Assembly (NCBI GenBank): GCA_000004985.1
Contig: GG738918.1
Source of the DNA: Naegleria gruberi
Lineage: Eukaryota
DNA: 64,000 nucleotides
Reading direction: 5' to 3' (one strand)
Position 1 is the stretch's first letter. Every line of letters starts with the position of its first letter. This document shows, piece after piece, positions 1-10,869 of this stretch. Below the pieces are notes generated by a model. That model made no database searches, was not told the DNA's origin, and saw only the letters and a program-made list of their open reading frames with translations. Position numbers and translations under genes: made by a program.

Positions 1-943
1 ATTTAATTTTACAATTCCATTTAATTCTTTAATACCATTTCTATATAATGATGGTGTATATACTTTAATTGCATAAAATAATGCAATATCACCCATCTAT
101 TAAAATTAAATAAAATTTACAAATAAAATATATTAAAACAATAATATATTAATTAAAAACATACCAATGTTAAATAAGGAGGTGCAAATATTTCATTTGT
201 ATTAAATTGATTAAATAAATTAATAGAAGTATTCCAATAATCAAGTGATTTAACATTATATGGAATGTATGCATTTGGATTTTGCCAAATAAAGGAATTA
301 CTTGTTTTATTCATTAAATATAAATTATAACCTGGCCAATTATTAACTTGTTGACCATATAATAAATCTATTTTTGAACCAGTACCTCTTTCAATATAAG
401 TATTAATAGATGAATATGGAAATGCTAAATAATATCCAATTGAAGTAGGTTTATAATTTACATATTTGGAATATAAATATTCTTTCATAAATGTTAAATT
501 AGAAAATGGTAATAAATCATTATTATATTCATCTGCTAATGTTTTACCTATTTGTTGATATGGTATTAATTGATTATCAATAAATTGAATTACTTTATAT
601 TTTGCGTCTATTAATAAAAGGTTACAATAGTTTACAATAAAAATATTACAAAAAAATAATAAAACATACTTGATAGTAATTCTCTTGTTAAATAATTAAT
701 AGCATTTGATGAACCAATAAAAGAAGCTAACCAAACCATTGAACAACAAATTAATATTAATAGAACAATTAATATTATAATAACAAGTCTTAATGATAGA
801 AATTTAGATAGAAATGATTTTCTACCATTATTATTTGATAAAAGTGTTTCATTCTCTTCATCAATTTGATTAGTTATAGTTGCATCATTCTCATTTCCAT
901 TATTATTATTATTCGTATTGGATTCATATTTCTTTAGAGTCAT
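1..943 (-). CDS. Transmembrane receptor, N-terminal part: N-rich cytosolic head, one TM helix, Cache/CHASE-like extracellular sensor domain. The 3' end of the gene lies outside the window.
   Basis: ATG at 943 is preceded by an A-run. Three exons join in frame through GTATGT...TAG introns: 670..943, 165..607, 1..96 (introns 608..669 = 62 nt, 97..164 = 68 nt). TM helix 'LVIIILIVLLILICCSMVWLA'. The ectodomain '...IFAPPYLTL|MGDIALFYAIKVYTPSLYRNGIKELNGIVKLN' resembles the core of Cache-type sensor domains and the ectodomain of the cyclase at 47206..49741. Confidence 0.6.
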
Positions 944-1669
944 TTTTTTTAATTATGAAAAAGATATTAAATGATTGCTTAAATTTCTAAATGTTCATTG
1001 AAATGTTGTAGTGGACACAATGAATGAACATCAATGTCTGTCATCTCTCTTGATTGTTTTACAATGTTGTTGTTGTAGTTTCTAACTATTACTATCAACA
1101 TCAATCAATTTATTCATTATTAATATCTCAAACTCTAAATGATAATGATATTTGAAATTTGTGTTCTAGAACTCTCCTTCTAAATATAGCAATAATAAGC
1201 TCTGCTTTATCTCTAATAATTCCCATTGCTATACAATAGCCAAACTAGCTCCATATCTGTATCCTTTGAAGAAATAATATCATTAATACTACTGTTAGAT
1301 TAATGGAAGAGAAATTGTAAATTTTCATTTATTATTTCTTACTGAAAACAGAGTGAATAGTTGCAGTGGTACTAGTAAGTTTGTGATGGTATTGTTGTGT
1401 TTGAAACTAAATCCATTCTCTGATTCCTTATTTCTCACAGAGAAGAGAGGAGAAATAATTGAAACACCTACACACATATCTTTTCTACACAATCATCAGG
1501 CCCTAGGAACCTATAAGGAGAAAGAAACAGTGTTAAAACTCATTATAATAGTTCTGGATATTAATAAATCTTGCTAAAGAATAATGCCGATTATTCTCTA
1601 AACTAATAAAATCATTTTGATTCAATATTCTGATAGTCAAGGAAATTACATCTAATAAATTTGGTTAAT

Positions 1670-2443
1670 TTACAAATAATTCTTTTCATTGATAATTTCT
1701 TCTATTAAGGCTAGTGTATTCTCTGTATTTAATTTTAATATTTGTAAATCTGATAAATTTAATTTTCTAATTTCATCTCTAGTGAGTGAAATTCTACTCA
1801 CCAACGTTGAATGTTGTAATTTTTCCAATTCTGATATTTTAGCCTTTAAAAGAACATTTTCTCTTTCCTTTTGTGATTCAAAATATGAAACTTCATCCAA
1901 ATCATGAATTAACAATTCAAGTGAATGTTTAATTTCTAATACTTTAGATCCTTTTAAATTACTTGTTATGTTATTAAGGTTAGTAGTATTATTAGTAGTA
2001 GGAGTATTGGCTGTTCTCTCTGGTATATGTAATGAATTTGTTGCTGCATTTTCCATATTGGCAAAACTTTTAGTTTTACGATCCCAAAATTTAATATTTA
2101 CATTTGATGATGTGGCTGAATTATTATTCGGAGAGGTTGATGATGAACCTAGGTGAGCACTATTACTTAATTGAGGTAATTTTGAATCAACATCTTGATT
2201 CAATATATTAGTTTTTGAGGTTTTTTCTCTTCTTTTTAAAGATGAAGATTTAATAGTATTATTATTTTCATCGTCATCATCAGAGTCATCACGTTGATTA
2301 AGGAAATCTTCAAATGTTCTTGGAATGTCCTCACCCACGAAACGTGTTGATTTACCCATACTTGATTTGCATTGTCTAATACTACTGTTGCTGGTACTCA
2401 CAGCTGATTTGGTTGGTGAGGAAGAAGAGGAGGGTATTAACAT
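1670..2443 (-). CDS. Hypothetical protein, S/N/T-rich with a C-terminal coiled-coil or heptad region
   Basis: 257-codon ORF. ATG at 2443 is preceded by an A-run. Low-complexity N-terminal two thirds, then 'LEIKHSLELLIHDLDEVSYFESQKERENVLLKAKISELEKLQ'. No family recognised. Confidence 0.55.
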   Translation of the reverse strand: MLIPSSSSSPTKSAVSTSNSSIRQCKSSMGKSTRFVGEDIPRTFEDFLNQRDDSDDDDENNNTIKSSSLKRREKTSKTNILNQDVDSKLPQLSNSAHLGSSSTSPNNNSATSSNVNIKFWDRKTKSFANMENAATNSLHIPERTANTPTTNNTTNLNNITSNLKGSKVLEIKHSLELLIHDLDEVSYFESQKERENVLLKAKISELEKLQHSTLVSRISLTRDEIRKLNLSDLQILKLNTENTLALIEEIINEKNYL

Positions 2444-2912
2444 TTTTTTTTAAAAGGTGTATAACAATTGCTTGATAAGGGAGTGAATATATTAGGAATT
2501 TCTTGAAGAGTTTAGTCCAATAGCAAAATGATTATTTCTATACAATCATACAACTGAAGTAAGGAAGAACTGAGTTCATTAAAATAATCAAATAGTTGAT
2601 CTGAATATTTCAAAACAATATTGTGAACCATTCAGAAGAGGATGAAGGAATAATTTCCATTGAAAAGCATTCATTTCATAGAGAATTTACGTAAATAAAT
2701 ACAATGTTCATGAGTGAGTCTATTTATTTGAAATGTAATTACACCCTCACGATTGAGTCACATTTGGTTTTTTATGTTCTTCCAATAACTGAACCTGTTG
2801 TTTTTTTAGAGTGTTACCCTATCAGTGTGACATCTCCCAAGGTAATCCTCATTGTTATCTTCTTCCACTTGAAAAAACTCCAATAATATTCCGAAATTAC
2901 AATCAAAAAAAA

Positions 2913-3503
2913 ATGAAACAACAAATTAATAATGTCAATTTGTTATTGATGATCATTGGTTGTTTATTGATTATGATAATGATTGCTGAACATGTCTCTT
3001 CTCAAAGAGTTATTCTCTCCATGACTTCCATCTCTCAAACACCATATCTTTACACTGGTTATTTCACACCTGATGTCAGAAATCAACATTGGAATTGGGT
3101 TGGATCTAATCTTCAAGGAATTACCAATCCATTTTATGGTGAATTATCAATTCCAATTCAAGGATTTGATCCAATCATTTATAGAGGTCATCTTTCTGCT
3201 AATACTAATTTTGTTTCTAATACTTTTCCTTTTGCATTGATGAGTGTTGCAATTACACCAAATTCTTTTAATGGAACATTCTCTATTGAAGGATCAATTC
3301 AATGTGGTGATAATGTTACTGGAGGAGGTGCACTTAGTGGTTTAAGATTTAAAGGAATTACTATAGATGGAAAAAGTGAAAATCATTCTGGAAATTGTTT
3401 TAATTATCAATGTCATTGTGCACAATGTCGTGATTCTGTTACTGTTGCCATGTCTGTTTGTTATCAATCTATTACTCCAAAACCATCATTTTTAGGAAAA
3501 TAA
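2913..3503 (+). CDS. Small secreted Cys-containing protein (signal peptide), unknown family
   Basis: The track ORF starts at a GTG (2811). The first ATG, at 2913, follows 'caatcaaaaaaaaATG' and gives 'MKQQINNVNLLLMIIGCLLIMIMIAEHVSSQ', a typical signal peptide. The C-terminus is Cys-rich ('CFNYQCHCAQCRDSVTVAMSVC'). Confidence 0.6.
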   Translation: MKQQINNVNLLLMIIGCLLIMIMIAEHVSSQRVILSMTSISQTPYLYTGYFTPDVRNQHWNWVGSNLQGITNPFYGELSIPIQGFDPIIYRGHLSANTNFVSNTFPFALMSVAITPNSFNGTFSIEGSIQCGDNVTGGGALSGLRFKGITIDGKSENHSGNCFNYQCHCAQCRDSVTVAMSVCYQSITPKPSFLGK

Positions 3504-3513
3504 ATTGTTTATT

Positions 3514-6500
3514 TTATCTATCAAAGCTTTTAATTTCCATATTTACTTTTTTATCCAAATTGGTAATTGCTTCTGATATAATTGTTTTTACTAAAAATGG
3601 TTCAAAATATCTACGCATTGTGTTACTATTATTTTTGAATATTACTGAAAAATTATTAATGATATTCTTGGCTTGATCCATTAGATTATTTGTTTTCAAA
3701 TATTGTGCTAAATGTGTACCAATTAAACTTTCCTTTTTAGGTGGTTGTAATGCCGTAATAGATGAAAAAATCAAAGCTCTATCAATCATTTCATCATCGA
3801 GTGAAAACCCACATCGTGAAGAATATCCATTCTGATCTATATAAATATTACTCTTATTTTCTTTAACTTCTAATATACATCTAATAAAATTATCATATAA
3901 AATACTATTTAGTAAATTATTCTTAAATTGTTGAGATTTTAAAAGAGTAAATTCTTGAATGGATGATATTGAAATTTCATTCAATGATTTTGGAATAGTT
4001 ATAAAACCACTTTCTATTCCAATTGGATAATATTTAATTTTACATGAATCATCTTCCATATTTGGAAAATTGTTATCAGTTGTATCATTAAATAATTTTG
4101 AAATTTCCATAAAATTATTAAATAATAATGAATTATGAACAGTTCTTTGATTTTTGTAGGTGAAAAAACGCATTATTATTTCCTCTCCATTACAAAGTTT
4201 AATTTCCAAATTTATAAAATTCACATTTCTACTAATTTGGTGAATTCCTTGTTTAATTTCTTTCATTGTAAATGGCATGAATATTTGATTTTCAATATTC
4301 AAATAATTTTGTTTCATATCATAAAAATAATCCAAAAATAAACATTGATTTCTAATAATTTCAATTTCATTCATATTCATCATTTTCACAAATTTCATTA
4401 ACACTAATTTACAAATAAGGTAATGAGATTCTGATTTGAGTAACCAAAATAATTGATTTCCAAATACTTTAGATTTTATACATCTAGTGATAAGATATTC
4501 TGATAACAATCCATTTTCATTCTCATATTTAATACATTGAATGAGAAACGGTAAAATATAAGAAAATATTTCGTCCTTAGTTTCGTCTAAATATTTGAGT
4601 AGTGTTAATTTTGAAAATATGCCAATTTTAGAAGAGAATAACGTGAATAGTTCCATCACATTATTTGGTTTCTTCCATTTTTCCATGATTTGATTAGCTC
4701 TAAATAGTACCATTGGAGTTTCGAATGAAATTCCAAGCAGAAATGGAACAAAATGTGAAGAATCATTTACATTCCACTTGTTATTTTCTAAAATAGTCTC
4801 CAATTTCAAATCATTTTCATCTTCAATTAAATTTGGTTTTCTATCTAAATAATACTTTACAATACAATCATGAGTAGGAAATTCAATTTCAAGAGAAAGT
4901 TCTGAATTTTTTGTATTTTGTAAAAGTTTAACATTTCCTTGAATTAATTCCAAATTTGAATCAAACACTGAACATTCAAAATAGTTGGGTTTCATAATCT
5001 CAATTCTTTTAAGAATTCCAGTCTCTAAATCTTCTCTATAACAAACAAGTGAAAATTTGATAGAATAGTCACATGAAAATTGTGAAATTTGAGTTTCGAA
5101 TATAATTTCTTCATTCCATTCGAGTGGTATTTCTATATTTTGGAGAGGAATGATTTTAGTGTCGTGAATTTCATTTTTCTTTTCATTTGAAATTATTGAA
5201 CATTCAATTGAAAAGGAAGTGAAATTTCCATATTCGAATAACAAATCCCTAAATGAAAGTCCATGAACTTGTTTTATCACAACACTCATTCTCTTATTAA
5301 AATCAAATGATGATGATGATACAATATTATTATCTATCAATTTTTCATTATTCATTTCAAATTTCTTTTCAAAAATTGAATCAAGAAATGAAATATTACT
5401 TTCAGTCAATTCTCTTTCATTTTCTAAAAGACAATTACAATTCACATAACTAATTTGATTATTATTGACAAGTCCACATAAAATATTTCTATCATTTCTT
5501 GATAATGTCTTGTTATATTTCATGTTTAAATATTTCAATTTAGGAAATGAACTTATAATTGGAATTACATTTCCATTTAGGTAATTATTAGATAGATCTA
5601 ATTTTGTCAAGTTATTACAATTGAATTTTGTAAATAATTGAATAAAATCTTTAGAATAAACTGAACAATCTGGAATTTCCAAATTAGTTAAACTTTCACA
5701 ATCACAAATATTCTCAATTAATTTGAATGAATTGGAAGTTTGAGATCTTAATTTTAAACTTTTCAATTTGAATGGTTTAAATTCTGTGTTGGGGTTTCTA
5801 AATTTCCAAATAGTATCACCTGAAATGGAAAGTTTTACCAAATTAGTCAATTCACATTTTAACAATTCTGAAAAGTTTTCTGTATTTCCATTTATAATAT
5901 TCAATTCTTCCAAATTATTAGAAATTCTTGAAATTTCTTTGAAATTTACAGTACTGTCTATTAGAGAAAGTGATTTCACTGTCAATGGAATTACATTACT
6001 ATTTATAGTAACTCCAACTAATTTCAGTTTTCTCAAATTAGTATAATCCAAATGATATAATTCTATTGTTGAATTGTTTTTACAGCAAATTACTAATGAA
6101 TAAATTTGATGTTTGATAGATTGACCAATTACTTCAACTGCTGAATTAAATTTTACATCAATTGCCAAATTGACCAAATTAGGTAATGTCATTCTACTAT
6201 TCATCTATTCACTATATATTTTATCATCAATACTAAACAGTGATGAAATATCCAAAGATTTCAACTTGTAAAAATATGTAATAATAATATTTAATCCATA
6301 ATAATCCAATCCACTATTTTCTTTCAATGTTAAACTTTTTAAATTTTCATAAAATTTAAAATTTTTCATAATTTCCAAATCAGCATTTGAAAATGAACCT
6401 GTTAAACTTGAAATCCTATAAAACAATCTATTATTTTGAATAGCAGTTATAAAATTATTGATTGGATCACAATGATGATCTTTACGTGATGAAAATCTTG

Positions 6501-6681
6501 AAAATAATTTGTGTTTCTTTTTAATTTCAATTTCAAGTTTGGAAAAAGTTGATGCGAATTTCCACTTCTTACAAGTGTGAGAAATTATTTGGAGAATGAA
6601 TTTGGAGTGGAGAAAGGAAAAGATTTCAACCAACATTTCTGTTGGCAGGTTATTAATAATGAGAGAAGATGTTAGTGACAT
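3514..6681 (-). CDS. F-box / leucine-rich-repeat protein fused to a Vps34-like (class III PI3K) C2-helical-kinase module with degenerate catalytic motifs. The two abutting ORFs are separated by one in-frame TAG.
   Basis: ORF 6205..6681 has an F-box ('LPTEMLVEIFSFLHSKFILQIISHTCKKWKF') plus LRRs. ORF 3514..6204 has further LRRs ('LTKLDLSNNYLNGNVIPIISSFPKLKYLNMKYN'), a C2-like stretch ('IPLEWNEEIIFETQISQFSCDYSIKFSLV'), a PI3K helical-domain signature ('ILPFLIQCIKYENENGLLSEYLITRCIKSKVFGNQLFWLLKSE') and a kinase-like core lacking DRH/DFG ('CILEVKENKSNIYIDQNGYSSRCGFS'). Both ORFs are in the same frame, interrupted only by TAG at 6205..6207. Confidence 0.7.
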
Positions 6682-7098
6682 TTTCTTTAATATTAAAACG
6701 TGATTTCATATCAATTTCAATTCCAATCATTTACCTAATAAAAATGATCAAATGGGTTTATATTACTCAAGTTAAGGTAATGAATGGCTACGAAGCCATT
6801 TATTTTCTGCGGACATAGATAATGATTACTGAGTTGTTGTCATCATTGGTACCAAATACATTGATGAAGATTTGAATGAATTGAACCTCCGGAGATTGGT
6901 TAAAGCCCTAAAGGTTATTGAATGATAATTTGATTAAAGTTAAATTATGCAATCAAGACTTTTAGTACTTGAGAAATTGATACACTCCAAAAAACTCTTG
7001 GTAGTCACCTTCTTTATTATATATTAGCTATTGGAATTGATTCGCAGTAGAGCTTCTTTTTGAAGTAGATTTATATTTCAGAAATTATGGTTGTTGAT

Positions 7099-7216
7099 GG
7101 CTACGGCCATATCACGATGAATGCACCTCATCCCGTCCGATTTGAGAAGTTAAGTATCGTCGAGCCACATCAGTACTGAGGTTGGAGACAACTTGGGAAC
7201 CTGTGGTGCTGTAGTC
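7099..7216 (+). rRNA. 5S_rRNA: 5S ribosomal RNA gene (118 nt)
   Basis: 'GGCTACGGCCATATCACGATGAATGCACCTCATCCCGTCCGATTTGAGAAGTTAAGTATCGTCGAGCCACATCAGTACTGAGGTTGGAGACAACTTGGGAACCTGTGGTGCTGTAGTC' matches the eukaryotic 5S consensus blocks (CTACGGCCATA, GAAGnTAAG, AGTACT, TGGGAA, GTGCTGTAG). The 5' GGCTACGGC pairs with the 3' GCTGTAGTC (helix I, two G-U pairs). It is followed by a T5 Pol III terminator. Confidence 0.95.
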
Positions 7217-7221
7217 TTTTT
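7217..7221 (+). terminator. Pol III terminator T-run of the 5S gene
   Basis: TTTTT lies directly after the 3' helix-I strand of the 5S rRNA. Confidence 0.8.
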
Positions 7222-7244
7222 GATTTCATCCCTTGTTAATCAAA
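7221..7244. repeat. Left core arm of an inverted repeat flanking the di-ubiquitin gene
   Basis: 'tgatttcatcccttgttaatcaaa' is the reverse complement of 8111..8135 except for one C indel. Weaker similarity extends outward (7030..7098 versus 8158..8234). Confidence 0.85.
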
Positions 7245-7481
7245 CCATTAAAACAACTTTTTTCAAAATCAATGAAGTTGCATTCATGGAGTAACATAGT
7301 TGCTCAATTATTACAAAATATGAACCAAATTTGTGTCCAGAAACAAAAATCAGGCCATGCAAGAATTTCTTTGCCGTCAAGAACTACTCTCTAAAAATAC
7401 ATACATCTTAAAACAGGTTAAAAAGAAAAGAATGTTTTGAATATAAGAAAAACAACAAGAAAAAACAAAACAACAATTATA

Positions 7482-7940
7482 ATGCAATTATTTGTCAAGA
7501 CACTCACTGGAAGAACTATCACTTTGGAAGTTGAATCTAATGATTCAATTGAAAATGTGAAAAGAAAGGTACAAGATAAGGAAGGAATTTCACCAGATCA
7601 ACAAAGACTCATCTTTGCTGGTAAACAATTGGAAGATGGCAGAACTATTAATGATTACAACATTCAAAAAGATTCAACACTTCATTTGGTATTGAGATTA
7701 AGAGGAGGAATGCAACTCTTCGTAAAAACCTTAACTGGAAAGACCATTACTATCGAAATGGAATCAAACGACACTGTTGAGAATATGAAACAAAAGATAT
7801 TTGATAAGGAAGGTATTCCTTCAGATCAACAACGTTTGATTTATGCCGGTAAACAATTAGAAGATGGCAGAACTATTAATGATTACAATCTTCAAAAGGA
7901 TTCAACTGTGCATTTAGTATTGAGATTGAGAGGAGGTTAA
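7482..7940 (+). CDS. Di-ubiquitin: two head-to-tail ubiquitin-like repeats, both markedly divergent from canonical ubiquitin
   Basis: The track ORF starts at a TTG (7437); the real ATG is at 7482. There are two 76-aa units, each ending in LRLRGG, with the stop directly after the second GG. Repeat 1 differs from canonical ubiquitin at 11 of 76 positions (including K11R) and repeat 2 at 16 of 76. Confidence 0.9.
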   Translation: MQLFVKTLTGRTITLEVESNDSIENVKRKVQDKEGISPDQQRLIFAGKQLEDGRTINDYNIQKDSTLHLVLRLRGGMQLFVKTLTGKTITIEMESNDTVENMKQKIFDKEGIPSDQQRLIYAGKQLEDGRTINDYNLQKDSTVHLVLRLRGG

Positions 7941-8110
7941 ACAACATAGTATCGTAGATTCTCTCAATTATTGTAAATAAATTATACTTTGAATAGTGAA
8001 ATATTGATGTCGTATGGATAAATTGATCACGAGGTTTGCTTGTTAATGAAACTTATTTTAATTACAACTGCAGAAGGAATTTTGAAGCTAGAAATTGATT
8101 GATTTTGGTT

Positions 8111-8135
8111 TTTGATTAACAAGGGGATGAAATCA
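8111..8135. repeat. Right core arm of the inverted repeat flanking the di-ubiquitin gene
   Basis: 'tttgattaacaaggggatgaaatca' is the reverse complement of 7221..7244 plus one extra G. Confidence 0.85.
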
Positions 8136-8469
8136 AACGTACGCAAGATGAATTCGTATCATAATTGAAATCTGCATAAATCTACATCAAGAATGAAGGA
8201 CAAATCTCAGCCAAAACATCCGATCCATTCCAATTTATTAAGCAAAAACTCCATCAACAATTGTTGAGCTCAATCAACAAGTGTCAGTAGACAATAACCA
8301 TAAAGTGGATATTTACAAATGTACTTGATTTGGCGGTCTTATTTCATTGACGGACCATTTTAAAAACAGCGTCGAACCTTTATGCATAACGTTTCAACTC
8401 AGAATATTGGCTTCATCAATAAGAAGCGCAACAATAGCGTATAATAGTCGACAATAATTATCAAACAAA

Positions 8470-10869
8470 ATGAGTCAACAAGAAACATCATCTGATATGA
8501 TTGATAATAATAATCAAACGACTGGTGGTGGAGATGAAGCAATGATTGAATCTCCAGTACTCACCTCTGAAATTAATGTTCAACAACCAACACAACAAGA
8601 AGAATCACAACAACAACAACAACAAACAAGCCTTGTTGCCGAAGATGAAGCACAAAACAATACCTCATCTTCATCTTCATCGAATACAACAAATGAAGAG
8701 AATGTTCCTTCCTCTAATAACCATACAAATACTGATAACAATGTTCAAAATGTTCAATCAACAAGTGTAAATACAAAGAAGGAACAAGAAATTGATACTA
8801 CAAAACCAAAAGGAGAATATATCATCGGAGGAGCTGATGATGATGAAGAAGAAGTTTATGTTCCTAAATATCAGAGTGATTCTCCACCTTTACAACTTGA
8901 ATGGAAAGATCTTAGTTACAAAGTTAAACAACCAATTGATGCTCCTGCTCATTTGAGTGTTCCTCAAAAGATTGGATTTAAACTGAAGAATATGTTCAAA
9001 AAGAAGGAAAAGGTTATTTTGCACGAAATGTCTGGATTTGTAAGTCCTGGAAGTACTCTTGCTATTATGGTATGTTTTTAATAGTTGAACTTTGTAATTG
9101 AAATATTGTGACAATATGAATCATAATTTTCATATGATGAATATGATCATTGTGATATAATAGGGTCCTAGTGGTGCTGGTAAAACATCTCTCTGTAAGT
9201 ATTATCATGATTTCAATCCATTCTAAACATCATATGTATTTAAGTGAATATTCTTGCTCAACGTGTTAAGGAAACATCTGGTGATATCACTGTAAATGGT
9301 GTCAAGATTAGTAGTAGTTTCCGTTCTTTGTCTGCATTCGTTCAACAAGATGACGTTCTTATGGGTAATTTGAGTGTTAGAGAAACATTACGTTATGCAG
9401 CTCTTTTACGTTTACCAAAGACAATTTCATGGAAGGAAAAGATGGAACGTGTTGAATCAATTATGGATGAATTGGGTCTCTTAAAGAGTGCTAATACTAA
9501 AGTTGGTACACCTGGTTTAACTAAGGGTATTTCAGGAGGTGAAAGAAAACGTTTGAGTATTGCCATTGAATTATTGACACAACCAAGTATTTTATTCTTG
9601 GATGAACCTACAAGTGGTTTGGATGCTGCTACAGCTTACAGTGTCATGAAAACAATTATCAAAATTTCAAAGGGTGGTAGAGCTGTCATTTTAACTATCC
9701 ATCAACCTCGTTCCAATATTTATGAACTTTTTGATAAGTTACTTCTTTTAGCTCGTGGTAAGATTGCTTATTTCGGTCCAGCTAAAGATGCCACTACATA
9801 TTTCGGAAATGTTGGTTATCCATGTCCAAAACAATATAACCCAGCTGATCACTTTATTGATCTAATTACTGAATCTACTAGTGACACTGGTGAAGGTAAA
9901 AAATTGAAACAAGAAGATAATGAACGTATTGAAAAGATTCTTACAAATTATAATCACACTGAAGTTGCTCCATCAGTTGATCACTTGAAGACTGATATTA
10001 AGAAAGCCAAGTATAATGCCAATTGGTTTACTCAATTCTTCGTTGTGATGGCAAGAGCATTTGTTAATATTTTACGTGACAAGATTTTAACATTTTCAAG
10101 ATTATTCCAGAATTTAGCGATGGCTATTCTAGTCGGTTTGATCTTTTTACAAATTGGTTATGATCAGCAATCTGTTCAAGATAGAAATGGTGTTCTCTTC
10201 TTTTGTTTAGTTAACCAATCTATGAATTCCATTTTTGGTTCATTAACAGTTTTCCTTTTAGAAGAAAAGAAAGTATTTTTAAGAGAACGAGGTTCTAAAA
10301 TGTACAAAGTGAGTGCCTATTATCTTGGTAGAAGTATCAGTGAATTGCCAAATATTATCTTCTTCCCAATCCTATTTGGTACAATTGTTTATTGGATGTG
10401 TAATTTGAATCCAGGTGCAGATCGATTCTTTGTTTTCCTTTTAATTTTAGTTTCAATGGCTTTAGCTGCTCAAGCTCTTGGTATGGTGTTAGCTGTATGT
10501 GCACCTTCAATGGAATTTGCAACTGCTATTGCACCTGTATTGTTAACAGTTTTGATGTTGTTTGGTGGTTTGTACATGAATGTTGATAATATTCCACCAT
10601 ACTTTATTTGGATTTATTGGTTATCTATTTTCCACTTTGGTTATGAAGCATTGGTATTGAATGAATTTGGTGGTGCTACTTTTGAATGTCCACCATCTCC
10701 ATCTGCATGTACCTATAGAACTGGTGAAGATGTTATTAGTAGAAATGCTATGAATAAGCCATACTCAAACATTTGGTTCAATCTTGGTTTATTGTGGGCC
10801 TTCTTTTTAGTTTATCGTTTTATGGCCTACCTCATTCTCGTATTTGTTGTCAAACCAAAGAAAGGATAA
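8470..10869 (+). CDS. ABC transporter, G subfamily (White/ABCG-type half transporter, NBD-TMD order) with a Q/N/S-rich N-terminal extension
   Basis: Three exons 8470..9069, 9164..9194 and 9245..10869 (introns GTATGT..TAG 94 nt and GTAAGT..AAG 50 nt). Splicing restores the Walker A motif 'GPSGAGKTSLLNILAQR'. ABC signature 'ISGGERKRLSIA', Walker B 'ILFLDEPTSGLD', H-loop 'TIHQPR'. The C-terminal half is multi-TM and ABC2-type. Confidence 0.9.

Noticed and set aside
1353-1577. 74-codon plus-strand ORF in the spacer between two minus-strand genes.
   Set aside because: It starts at a non-ATG codon, has no homology or start context, and is most likely promoter or 3'-UTR sequence.
6783-6799. 'atggctacgaagccat', which resembles the first 14 nt of the 5S gene ('atggctacggccat') about 310 bp upstream of it.
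   Set aside because: Only the first ~14 nt match and the sequence is itself a short palindrome. That is too little to call a 5S fragment, although it may relate to the repeat structure described at 7030..8234.
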